Positions 1 to 8,680 of a stretch of 64,000 bases of DNA are shown piece after piece. Under the pieces are notes generated by a model. That model was not told where the DNA came from and searched no databases. It saw only the letters and a program-made list of their open reading frames with translations. The stretch covers positions 256,001 to 320,000 of the forward strand of contig CAVSGI010000012.1 in the NCBI GenBank assembly GCA_963727445.1, written 5' to 3'. The stretch is from an uncultured delta proteobacterium. Its GTDB lineage: Bacteria; Myxococcota_A; Polyangia; Polyangiales; B10-G4. The position numbers and the translations under genes were made by a program. The stretch's first letter is position 1; every line of letters starts with the position of its first letter.

Positions 1-58
1 GAGGGCTCGGACATTCAACCAGGCGGCCACGGCACGGATGCGGGGGCCTCTTGAATGT
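1..58 (+). ncRNA. Possible 3' end of 6S RNA, truncated by the window edge
   Basis: No credible ORF. GGGCTCGG...CCACGGCAC...GCGGGGG resembles my recollection of the 3' arm of deltaproteobacterial 6S RNAs. An ACATTCAA(11-18)/TTGAATGT(51-58) stem is present. Not confirmed with a covariance model. Confidence 0.4.
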
Positions 59-72
59 GAGACGTCTCGGCA

Positions 73-132
73 TTGGGGGTTGTTCCCCTGGCGAACCGGC
101 GCGCGCATCGCTGACCCGGGGGACGACGCCAA
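73..132 (+). other. Long GC-rich hairpin (terminator-like or part of a structured RNA)
   Basis: TTGGGGGTTGTTCCCCTGG (73-91) pairs with CCGGGGGACGACGCCAA (116-132). G-U pairs favour the + strand. Confidence 0.5.
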
Positions 133-177
133 CAGTCTTCGTGCGCTAGAGGACTGCGTGCTGGGGAGCTGAGGTCT

Positions 178-1206
178 TCAGCTCGGCTTCTGCAGGAGGA
201 CGACCTTGTAGGTGTCCTCGCGCGTCGTCATGTTGTTGTAGAGACGCGTGCCGGGGTGGCGGGAGAAGTTCTTGAGGGCCACCTCGGCGACGGCGCGCTG
301 GCGCGGGCCGAGGAGGGGCATACGGAACGCGTAGAACCGCTCGAGGAGGTTCTCGACGTAGGTGTTCAGGCGCGCCTCGTCGTCGTCGCGTGCCTTGATC
401 GCTTCTTCGGTGACGTCGTGCGCTTCGACCAGCTTCAGGCCGATGTCTTCGAGGGCCTCGAAGCACGGATCCCAGGTGACGTCGGGGATCGCGTTTCCCC
501 ACACCATGTAGCCGCCGGGCTTGAGCGTGGAGTGCGCCTGCGCGAAGAAACGCCGGTCCTCGTCGGTGACGACGCCGGGGTACTCGGTGACATGGGTCTC
601 GCATACGGCGAGCAGGTCCGCCGACTTCGGCGGGATCGCGAGCTTCGTCGCGTCGCCGTGTCGCGGACGAAGGCGACCGCGCAACTCGGACTCGAACTTG
701 CGCTTGCACGTGCGAATCGCAGCCTGCTGCATGTCGATCGCTTCGTAGGTGCAATCGGGAAGGACGTTCTTGCAGACGTGGTGAGCTCCGGCGCCGGTGC
801 CGCAGCCCATCTCGACCACGTGCACCTTGCCCCCGCGCTCGGCCACGTAGTCCCGCACGGCGTCGCGCGCGTAGAGACCGGTGTAAGCGTTCTTGCCGAA
901 GCGCTGCGGGTCGCGATCACTGTTCGGCGGCTCGCCCCAACCCTCGGGCCAGGCATAGCCCCACGTGTTGAAGGTGAACTCGTAGTGGGTGCCGTGTTCG
1001 TCGGGTACCGTGCCCATCGTGCGGTAGAGCGCGTAGAGCAGCGAGTAGATCGACCGCTTGTCGTAGTCGTCTTCCGAGACGTCCCCATCATCGATGGCGA
1101 TCTTGCCGCGAATCAAGCCAGAGCTGAGAACCCAACCTCCGACGAGAAGCTGGAGCTGGCGTGGTGTGTAATCGGTGTCGGCATCGAGGGCCGTCAGTAG
1201 GTCCAT
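178..1206 (-). CDS. Class I SAM-dependent methyltransferase, similar to mycobacterial lipid O-methyltransferases
   Basis: Motif I VVEMGCGTGAG, plus FNTWGY, YEAIDM, GDATKL and LKPGG. Start chosen at ATG 1206. Confidence 0.8.
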   Translation of the reverse strand: MDLLTALDADTDYTPRQLQLLVGGWVLSSGLIRGKIAIDDGDVSEDDYDKRSIYSLLYALYRTMGTVPDEHGTHYEFTFNTWGYAWPEGWGEPPNSDRDPQRFGKNAYTGLYARDAVRDYVAERGGKVHVVEMGCGTGAGAHHVCKNVLPDCTYEAIDMQQAAIRTCKRKFESELRGRLRPRHGDATKLAIPPKSADLLAVCETHVTEYPGVVTDEDRRFFAQAHSTLKPGGYMVWGNAIPDVTWDPCFEALEDIGLKLVEAHDVTEEAIKARDDDEARLNTYVENLLERFYAFRMPLLGPRQRAVAEVALKNFSRHPGTRLYNNMTTREDTYKVVLLQKPS

Positions 1207-1324
1207 GGGCCGGAGAGGTACCACGAATGGGGGGCTCGGCCGCTCATTAAGCGGACCTGCCTACGCGTCCAGAATTGTCTCGTTTTTTCAGGGGAAAGGT
1301 GGCCCCGTCGGCGCCGAAGCGTCC

Positions 1325-2485
1325 TCACGAGCCGAGGCGACCCTCGATCGAGAGCGTCCGGATGGTGTCGATGATGGGGCCTGAAGCGGAGAGGGTCTCG
1401 ACCAGCGGGACGGAACCGTTCCCCACGTCGACGGCCACGGCGAAGGTGACGCCGATGTCGGGGAGGTAGCCGACGAAGGTGCGCGCGCCGTCGCCGTTCC
1501 CCGCGCCGGCCAGGAGGGGGCCGATGTCCGAGTCGTGTGCGACGACCAGGCCGAGTCCATATCCGCCGGTCTCGAAGCCGAAGGCCTGGGCGACGGTGTT
1601 CAAGAGCATGCCACCGGCGGTGGTCTGCGCGAGGGCCAGGGTCTCGGGGCGGTGCAGCTTGCCGCCGAAGAACGCGCGCGCCCACTTGCGGAGGTCGTCG
1701 AGGGTGGTGACCCACGCGCTGCCATCCGCGGGGTATCCGGCGGTGAAGGGAACGGGAGCGAGGCTGCCATCGTGCGCGATGTATCCGGTCCAGAGCTCCG
1801 CAGCGTCGCCAGCGGACCGAACATGCGTCGAACGCATGTCGAGCGGCGCGAAGTAGCGCTCCTCGAGCTCGTCCTCGACACGTCGCCCGATGAGGTCCTC
1901 GACGATCAGGCCGAGAAGAACGTAGCCCGTGTTGCTGTAGTTCCAGCCCGTGCCGGGCTCGAAGTCGAAGGGCTCGGTGACCGAGAGCTCCACGAGCTCG
2001 CGATAGCTGAATGCATGAAGTGGGTCGGCGGCGACCGCCTCGTTGTACGCGTCGATCTTCGTGTAGTTCGGGATCCCCGACGTGTGTTGAAGGAGCATCC
2101 GCAGCGTGACCGCGTCTCCGTTGGGCACGAAGTCCACGTAGGCGCTCACCGGATCGTCCACATCGAGCACACCCTCCTCGTGGAGGGTCAGGACGAGTGC
2201 GCCCATGAAGGTCTTACCGGCGCTCGCGGTTCGAATTTCGGTCACACCGTCGATGGGGCGCGCGCTTTCGAGGTCCGCCACACCTCGCGTGGTGCTCCAC
2301 GCGTGCCCGTCGGCGTCAGTAACGAGCATCACTGTGCCGGCAGCGCCCTGTTCCTCGTGGGTCGTGTCGGCGGCCTGTTCGAACGCCGCTGTGATGTCCG
2401 TATCAAAGGACGAGTCCTGGCATCCGACGACGACGACGCAGGTGATCAGCGCGACGCGGCGCGCTGGAACGAGAGCTTTGATCAT
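1325..2485 (-). CDS. Serine hydrolase lipoprotein (beta-lactamase/D-Ala-D-Ala peptidase family)
   Basis: SxxK (SAGK), LLQHTSG, FEPGTGWNYSNTGY. Lipobox-like VVVGC. GGAGG RBS before ATG 2485. Confidence 0.85.
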   Translation of the reverse strand: MIKALVPARRVALITCVVVVGCQDSSFDTDITAAFEQAADTTHEEQGAAGTVMLVTDADGHAWSTTRGVADLESARPIDGVTEIRTASAGKTFMGALVLTLHEEGVLDVDDPVSAYVDFVPNGDAVTLRMLLQHTSGIPNYTKIDAYNEAVAADPLHAFSYRELVELSVTEPFDFEPGTGWNYSNTGYVLLGLIVEDLIGRRVEDELEERYFAPLDMRSTHVRSAGDAAELWTGYIAHDGSLAPVPFTAGYPADGSAWVTTLDDLRKWARAFFGGKLHRPETLALAQTTAGGMLLNTVAQAFGFETGGYGLGLVVAHDSDIGPLLAGAGNGDGARTFVGYLPDIGVTFAVAVDVGNGSVPLVETLSASGPIIDTIRTLSIEGRLGS

Positions 2486-2606
2486 GATGGCCTCCACCGG
2501 GTAGTGCCCGGAGGCCACCAAAGTGTTCGTGGATGACGTCGGAACTTTTTCTCCCCAAGAGACTCGGTACTTCCGTGTCTGGAGATGCAAAGGGAGAGGT
2601 CGATAG

Positions 2607-3209
2607 ATGAATAGCGAAGCGTCCGGATTGATCGATATCCGTGCCCTGGCCGCGGCCAGTCGGAAAGAGCCGAGCGTGCGTCAGCAGCCCGAGTCCTGGG
2701 ACGCCGAATCGGTCGACGCGCTGCTGGGCATCGGAACGGGCGCGCCGGTCGGCACTCTGGCATCGCCGATGCTCGGTCCGGCCGCGCCTCGCCGCGATCG
2801 CTCCGTGACCATCGCGCTCTCAGCGCTGATCGCCACCGTCGTGCTGGCAGTCGCAGCCGTCGCCATCGTCGCCCTGCAGCGGGGGGATGGCCCGGCCGCG
2901 TCCGAAGACACGGCAGGCACTGGACCGATCACCGCCGCCCTCGAGCCTGCGCCGAAACAGGCCGAGCCCGCGCTCGAGCCGCCCGAAGCTGCGCCGGTGG
3001 AGGCCGCGCCAGCGCCAGTGGCAGAGACGCCAGCGGTTTCGGTCGATGGGCCGCGTCATCATCCCCGTCGCCATCGTCCCCGACATCGCAACACGCATGC
3101 GATGCAGCGATCGGAAGCCCAGGCCCCCGTGGCCCCTCCGGCTCCGGCTCGTCCCCCGAGCCGCGACCGCACCCTCGAGCAGCTCCTCGATCGAGCCGTT
3201 GGGCGATAG
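2607..3209 (+). CDS. Single-pass membrane protein with SGLIDIRALA motif and Pro/Ala-rich tail
   Basis: GGAGAGG RBS, one hydrophobic helix, and a motif recalled from AgmX/GYF-like myxobacterial proteins. Confidence 0.65.
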   Translation: MNSEASGLIDIRALAAASRKEPSVRQQPESWDAESVDALLGIGTGAPVGTLASPMLGPAAPRRDRSVTIALSALIATVVLAVAAVAIVALQRGDGPAASEDTAGTGPITAALEPAPKQAEPALEPPEAAPVEAAPAPVAETPAVSVDGPRHHPRRHRPRHRNTHAMQRSEAQAPVAPPAPARPPSRDRTLEQLLDRAVGR

Positions 3210-3378
3210 GCTCTCGAGCTGGACGCGCGCAGTCATCTGCGGCGGGGAAGCGCGCTGCTGTGGACCGGCCTCTCGCTGACGCTGAGCGCGGGAGCCAGCT
3301 TCGCGGCCTTCCGATGGTGGCGGCGTTCGTTGGACGACGAAGTTCTGAGCACACCCCGGTGGGGTGACTGACGGGTCT

Positions 3379-3897
3379 TCAGAACGCGCCCGTGAGCATC
3401 ACGCGGCCGCCGTTCGGGCCCGCGCTGACCTCTACGTTCAGTCGCGCGCTCTCGTTTTCGCGAATCTCGTCGCGGACGCGATCGGCCCCGCTGATCGAGA
3501 GGCCGGAGACGACGAGGGAGAGCACGCCCAGAAACATGGAGCCCACGCTGATGGAGTTGATCAGACGGGCCTCGTCGACGCACTCCGGCGTCGAGGTGTC
3601 GCAGACCAGCCCGTCCCAGGTCGCGGTGGCGGCGACGAGCGTCGCGATACCGCCGACCATCAACGTGATGCCGGTGACGCCGAAGATCATCGCGCGGCGC
3701 TCGTACTTCGCGAGCGCGTCGTTCAGCTCAGCGGCGGACATGGCCGGCTCGGCCTCGTCGTCGTCGCAGTCGCCTGCGCACTCTTCCTGTGCGTCCTGGG
3801 CCCGAACGAGGCTCGGCAGAGACGCGCCCATGGCGAGCGCGATGGCGACGACGAAGGCGAGATGGCGCGCGAGTCGAGCCTGTGCAGGGAGAGCCAC
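3379..3897 (-). CDS. Hypothetical exported/membrane protein
   Basis: Signal-like N-terminus, two hydrophobic segments, C-terminal beta-hairpin ending LTGAF. Start uncertain. Confidence 0.65.
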   Translation of the reverse strand: MALPAQARLARHLAFVVAIALAMGASLPSLVRAQDAQEECAGDCDDDEAEPAMSAAELNDALAKYERRAMIFGVTGITLMVGGIATLVAATATWDGLVCDTSTPECVDEARLINSISVGSMFLGVLSLVVSGLSISGADRVRDEIRENESARLNVEVSAGPNGGRVMLTGAF

Positions 3898-3950
3898 GAC
3901 GGGAAAATATACCCGCGGCTCGGAGGGGTGCAATCGACCCCGCTTGGCCG

Positions 3951-4166
3951 TCACTCTGAAGGATATTGCAAACCATTCCCCTTCTCGCGCGGGCGAAAGA
4001 CGGCACCGAAGAGGAGGGCGCTCGCCCACGCTGTGATGGGAAGGATCATCCCGGCGGCACCCTCGGGGCCGCGCCCGAGGAAGACCGTGTCGTACAGAGT
4101 GCTGACGGAAGCGATGGCGAGCAGCCCGAAGAGCACGACGCCGTAGAGCTTTGGATGCAGATGCAT
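3951..4166 (-). CDS. Small two-TM membrane protein
   Basis: MHLHPKLYGVVLFGLL..., two hydrophobic helices, co-oriented with neighbours. Confidence 0.5.
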   Translation of the reverse strand: MHLHPKLYGVVLFGLLAIASVSTLYDTVFLGRGPEGAAGMILPITAWASALLFGAVFRPREKGNGLQYPSE

Positions 4167-4277
4167 TCGGAGAGGGAATGCGAAGTACGTGCCGTGGTGA
4201 AAGCGGGCGGTTGTCGCTCCTTCGAAGCGAAGGCGGGCGCGGTGCACGGGGCGCAACTCACCGGCGAGCCGTTTTCC

Positions 4278-4616
4278 TCACCCGGGCTCGGTCCGCGAAA
4301 GGCGGCGGGTTCGCAGCAGCAGGAAGAGCGGGAACGCGCTCGCGAGGGCCACGAGGGCGGCGTACGGGATGAAGAGCCACGCGAAGCGCATACCGATGCG
4401 CCGGCCCTCCACCACGACCCAGACGCTGAAGCAGAGGAAGACGACGGTGATGTCGAGGGAGATCGAGGTGGAGGCCGCGTTGGCCATCGAGGCGCGGACG
4501 AAGTCGAAGGCGCCGGTCGCATCGGAGGTCTGCATCCACTCGACGTTGTATCGCCAGGGAAGGATGACGCCGAGCACCGCGAGGAGGCCGTAGAACCACT
4601 GGAGCGCCGTCTTCAT
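4278..4616 (-). CDS. DUF2834-like small membrane protein
   Basis: YGLLAVLGVILPW, ANAASTSISLD and ALASAFPLFL pattern. Confidence 0.75.
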   Translation of the reverse strand: MKTALQWFYGLLAVLGVILPWRYNVEWMQTSDATGAFDFVRASMANAASTSISLDITVVFLCFSVWVVVEGRRIGMRFAWLFIPYAALVALASAFPLFLLLRTRRLSRTEPG

Positions 4617-4707
4617 GACCGTGAGCGTCGTACACACTCCAGCGTTTGGCGATGCGTCGTCGCAGAAAATCGGTCACGAAAGGGCCGCTCGTTGCCACAA
4701 TGAGTGC

Positions 4708-5208
4708 ATGACCTCCAATTTCCGAACGATCGTGGGCGTCGTGGCTCTGATGGCCGTGGTCGCACCCTCGACGGCGGCCGCCCGCGCCGTCTGCGGAAAG
4801 AGAGGGCCCGCCCTTCGTGCGGAGGTCGCCTCAGCGACCGCGGTCTTCCTCGCGCGCATCGAAGGGCCGGCGACTCCCGTCGGCGCGCTTCCCGCTGGTC
4901 ACCGCGGGGTCGTCGATGCGGACGTCTCCGTGGTGGTCACCCGCGTCTTCGCGGGCCCTGTTACCGTTGGTGAAACGGTGACCGTGCGCTGGAAAGGATG
5001 GAGCGAGCCGAGTGCAGGGCCGATCGCCGGTGGTTGCCGTGTGCCCGCCACCACGACCGGCGAGCGCTATCCGATGGAGGTGCTCATCATCGCTCACGGT
5101 ACGGAGGGCGCGATGGAGGTCGCCAACGACTCCACCTCGCAACTGGTCGGCGCCGCCAACCGCTCGCTGGTGCGCCGCGTCGCGCGCCTCGCGCGTCGTC
5201 GCCGCTGA
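4708..5208 (+). CDS. Exported hypothetical protein, possibly TIMP/NTR-like OB fold
   Basis: Signal peptide ending AAARA, then C..., ATAVFLARI and VTRVFAG beta strands. Confidence 0.55.
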   Translation: MTSNFRTIVGVVALMAVVAPSTAAARAVCGKRGPALRAEVASATAVFLARIEGPATPVGALPAGHRGVVDADVSVVVTRVFAGPVTVGETVTVRWKGWSEPSAGPIAGGCRVPATTTGERYPMEVLIIAHGTEGAMEVANDSTSQLVGAANRSLVRRVARLARRRR

Positions 5209-5244
5209 GCGACGGGGTGACCACCTGGAACGGACAGCGCGCCA

Positions 5245-6245
5245 TCAGCGCCGCCGCCGCATCGGGCTCGCGTCGTCGGCGCGCGCCTGCCAGGCGTCGG
5301 CCTCGGCGTTACGGTCCAGGGAGCGCAACGTGTTGGCGAGACCGGCCCAGGTGTGGCGATTGTCCGGCTGGAAGAGCAGGGCACGTCGCCACGCAGCCTC
5401 CGCTTCTTCGTAGCGCATGTGGGCCTGAAGCCGGACGGCCGACCGACGCTGCGCGCGGGCGCGTCGGGCGCGTGCGCGCGGGCCCAGGCGCCGGATGCCG
5501 GGAGGGATCTCCCGGTTCCTCGATGACGAACGCGGCGTCGGCGACCGGGGCGTCGAGGTTCGCGTCGGCGATCGCGGCATCGCCTGCATCGACGACGCCT
5601 GCGTCCGCGCCGGAGGTCCCCTCTGGGCTCGCGTCGTCGCTTGATGAAGCTGCGGCATCGGGGCTCGCTTCGGTCGCGGCGGCGGTGGTGGCGTCCACGT
5701 CTCCGGCGTCGGCGTCGACCATCTGGCTGCCCACCACCATCCGCGTCGACTCCTTCCAGGACGCCGATCCCATGACGACCACGATCGTCACGACGCCCAC
5801 GAGCAGCGCCACTCCGACGGCGAGGATGGCCACCGTCGTCGTGGTGCTCCGCCCGGGCAGGACGACGATTCTCGGACTTCTCCGGCGGGAGCGCGAAGGT
5901 GGTGTCGGGGTCGACCATCGGCCGCGGGGGAGGCGCCGCGACGAGGTCCAGAGGCACGCGCTCGGCGACAGTCCGCTCTTCCTCCGGCGGCCTATGGAGG
6001 GGCGCCGCGTCGGCGACAGTCCGCTCTTCCTCCGGCGGCGCAGAAAGAGGCGCCGCGTTGGCGACGGTTTGCTCTTCTTCGTCCGGAGCCAGCGGAGCGC
6101 TCGGGACGGCGTCCGTCAGCGTCCTCTCTTCCTCTGGGACGACGGGGGGCGCCTCTCCCAGCTGGCGAAGCTCTTCCTCCGTCAGCGCGCCCGTGAGCGA
6201 AAGGTCGATGGTCGTCGACTCTTCTTCGTCGTCTCGCTCCCCCAT
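5245..6245 (-). pseudogene. Acidic-repeat / TM / TPR membrane protein split by two +1 frameshifts (possibly sequencing errors)
   Basis: Three consecutive frames give EEERTV repeats, a TM helix (VAILAVGVALLVGVVTIVVV) and a TPR (YEEAEAAWRRALLFQPDN). Removing one base at ~5869 and one at ~5512 restores a single ORF. Confidence 0.7.
5962..6139. repeat. Coding tandem repeat, ~48-51 nt period, four copies
   Basis: TCGGCGACAGTCCGCTCTTCCTCCGGCGGC is exact at 5962 and 6010, with two degenerate copies after. Encodes PPEEERTVA(D/E) on the minus strand. Confidence 0.8.
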
Positions 6246-6364
6246 TCGCTCGCTCCCCGCGGAACCTCGTGCTTTCGGTGGCGTCCAACCCCCGATGGCT
6301 GAACCCTATCGGGTTCATTTGAATTTGGCACGAGCGACCCGAGTCACGCGATACTCGCTGGCGG

Positions 6365-7015
6365 ATGTTTCGCGACGCGCCGGACGACGAGATCTACCTC
6401 CGAGGTCGGAGCTCTCTTCGCGTGCACCAGGACGCGCGCAGGCAGCTCTACCGCGCGCCCGGCGGCGCGCTGGGGGCGATGGCGCTCTTGTGGGGGTACG
6501 TTCAGAAGCTCCCCCGAGAGCAAGCGCTCTGCAGTTGCGGATCTCGCCTCGCCCCCCTGTCCCTGCATCCCTTCGAGGACGAGATCACGGCGGATGGCGT
6601 CGCGATGCCCTTCCGCCTCGTGACTGCGGTGCACCCGTGTGAGAGCTGTGGCCTCCGTCACCTCTGGCGCGAAAAGGAGGCGAGGTGGATCTTCGAGGAC
6701 CTGGCCGTCCGCTGCGATTTCCCGGCGGGCTCCCGACACGTGGGGATCGAGCGCGAGGCCGAGGCGCGGCGGGCGGAGATCTGGCAGGTGACGCCAGCGG
6801 AGTTTGCCGCGATCGCTCCGCCGCACCAGGGACGTCACGCGCCGCGTCGGCGACGCTTCTATCGGCCCGCCCGGGGAAAGAGCGAGTGCTACGAATGCGG
6901 CGGCGACGGCGCATGCGTGACCTGCGAGGGCGCCGCCCCGCGCGATTGCATCGACTGCCAAGGAACCGGCCGTTGCATCCTCTGCCGCGGCGCGGGCGAG
7001 CTGAGCGCGACCTGA
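6365..7015 (+). CDS. Hypothetical protein with zinc-finger motifs
   Basis: CSCG and CESC, plus a C-terminal DnaJ-like CxxCxGxG cluster (CYECGGDG, CVTCEG, CIDCQGTG, CILCRGAG). Confidence 0.65.
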   Translation: MFRDAPDDEIYLRGRSSLRVHQDARRQLYRAPGGALGAMALLWGYVQKLPREQALCSCGSRLAPLSLHPFEDEITADGVAMPFRLVTAVHPCESCGLRHLWREKEARWIFEDLAVRCDFPAGSRHVGIEREAEARRAEIWQVTPAEFAAIAPPHQGRHAPRRRRFYRPARGKSECYECGGDGACVTCEGAAPRDCIDCQGTGRCILCRGAGELSAT

Positions 7016-7043
7016 GCCGGAGGCTCAGCGCCTCGGCACGGGC

Positions 7044-7709
7044 TCAGAAGCAGCGACGGGAACAGATCGCGGTGGAGACGCCCATCGCCATGAAGGGACA
7101 GCACATGTCCCGGGTGTCGGTGCAGTCGCCCGCGGTGTGACAGAGCTCGAAGGAGGTGAAGCCGCCGCACATCGCCGAAGGCGCGCAGTCGACGGAGAAG
7201 CTGCCGCCGCCGCCGGTGCCGCAGCAGACGTCGCCCGAAGCACAATCCTCGGGACCGTCGCAAGCCGCCGTTCCCCCGCCCATGCAGGTGCCGCCCATCG
7301 GGATGCACGAGGTGGTGACCATTCCGGAGCCCACGCCCATGACGCAGCACTCTTCGGTCGCTGCGTCGCAGGTCATCATCCCGCAATCGATCCGCCCGGT
7401 GCTTCCGTCGGCGGTGGACGCGTCGACGACCACGACGCCGCCGTCGGCGCTCGTGCCGCCGTCGGTGACCACGGTCGCGTCGCTCGGGCTCCCCCCGTCG
7501 GTCGCGCCTGCGTCGACGGTGACGCTCCCGTCGACCACCACGCTTCCGTCCGCCGCTCCGCCGTCGGTGCCGCCACCATCCGACGTGCTGCCGCCGGTGT
7601 CGATCGCCGCGTCATCCCCCGCGGCGCCATCCAAGGCATCGTGGGACTCGCCGCAGGCCGCGAGGCTGAAACAGAAGATGGAAACGAAGAGAATGGAAAG
7701 ACTACGCAT
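7044..7709 (-). CDS. Cys-rich lipoprotein (CDGPEDC type)
   Basis: Lipobox LAAC, DGG/DAG linker, Cys-rich C-terminal domain. Paralogous to 52884-53423. Confidence 0.8.
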   Translation of the reverse strand: MRSLSILFVSIFCFSLAACGESHDALDGAAGDDAAIDTGGSTSDGGGTDGGAADGSVVVDGSVTVDAGATDGGSPSDATVVTDGGTSADGGVVVVDASTADGSTGRIDCGMMTCDAATEECCVMGVGSGMVTTSCIPMGGTCMGGGTAACDGPEDCASGDVCCGTGGGGSFSVDCAPSAMCGGFTSFELCHTAGDCTDTRDMCCPFMAMGVSTAICSRRCF

Positions 7710-7736
7710 CCTCGAAGAGTAGCAGGATTGCGGTCG

Positions 7737-8609
7737 TCACTCCCAGCTCGGCAGCTGCCAGCCCCAGGTCTGGTAGAGCTGCTTCAGCGCCTGGGCGGCC
7801 TGTGGATTCGGGGTCTTACCGTAGGCGTGGGCGATCAGGCCACGCTCCATGGCGCCGCCATCGCTCTCGGAGAGGTAGGCGTCGACCGGACGTAGCTCGC
7901 TCTCGTCGGGAGGGAGCCACTCGACCTTCTGACCGCTGCCGAATGGGGCGGCTTGCGCGTCGGGCATGCCAGCGCCGACGAGATCCTTGCGCAGTCGCTG
8001 AACGACGGCTGCGTCGACGCCCGATGCCGTCGCTTGCGCGAGCAGCGCCGGGAAGAACGAGGCGCTGTCGAAGGCGAGGAGACGCAGGACGCGCGCGCCC
8101 GGCTGCCAGGAGAGCCACGGAAGCTCGGCGTCGAACATGGGATGAGCGTAGAGACCGATGGCGTTGCCCGCCTTGTCCTCGGCGACGGCGTAGAACCACG
8201 GGTTGGGGCATCCCGCCCGACCGGAGATCCCGGTCTTGAAGGAAGCGGCCGTGAGATCGGCGTGGACCGCGTCGTCTGCATCGGCGCGGGCGAGGAGGGC
8301 GAGCAGGACGTCGCTGGCTCGGACGCCGGACTGCTGCACTGCGTGAAGGCTCGTGCGCGGCGCGGGAGCCGCCGCGCCCCCGGCCTTGGCGAAGGACTTC
8401 GGCGCGTCGGCGACGTGGGCCAGCTCGGTGGCCTTGATGGTGCCGCCGTATCCAGGCCGTGTACCGACCACCTTCACCTTCATGCCGATCGCCGGGACGA
8501 ACGCCTTGCACGCCGTGCCACCGAAGCGAACCCGGTCGCCGTTTTCCATCTCGATCCAACCGAGCCCATCTTCGGGCTCGATCTCGGTAATCGTTCCGAC
8601 GTCGCTCAT
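7737..8609 (-). CDS. Hypothetical protein with N-terminal cold-shock-like OB fold
   Basis: GTITEIEPEDGLGWIEMENGDRVRF resembles CSD/S1 strands. The upstream part of the listed ORF is a shadow of the MFS gene. Confidence 0.7.
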   Translation of the reverse strand: MSDVGTITEIEPEDGLGWIEMENGDRVRFGGTACKAFVPAIGMKVKVVGTRPGYGGTIKATELAHVADAPKSFAKAGGAAAPAPRTSLHAVQQSGVRASDVLLALLARADADDAVHADLTAASFKTGISGRAGCPNPWFYAVAEDKAGNAIGLYAHPMFDAELPWLSWQPGARVLRLLAFDSASFFPALLAQATASGVDAAVVQRLRKDLVGAGMPDAQAAPFGSGQKVEWLPPDESELRPVDAYLSESDGGAMERGLIAHAYGKTPNPQAAQALKQLYQTWGWQLPSWE

Positions 8610-8680
8610 GGCGGGAGCGTACCAAATTGCGACGCGGCGCTCTTCGTCATTTCGACAATCGCCGCCCCTGGGGCGTCGCG

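Noticed and set aside
2541..2580. ECF sigma promoter (GGAACTT)
   Set aside because: No convincing -10 element at 16-17 nt spacing.
5962..6139. 30-nt direct repeats resembling a mini CRISPR array
   Set aside because: The period is a multiple of 3, the spacers are only ~18 nt and similar to each other, the repeats encode a peptide repeat, and there are no cas genes.
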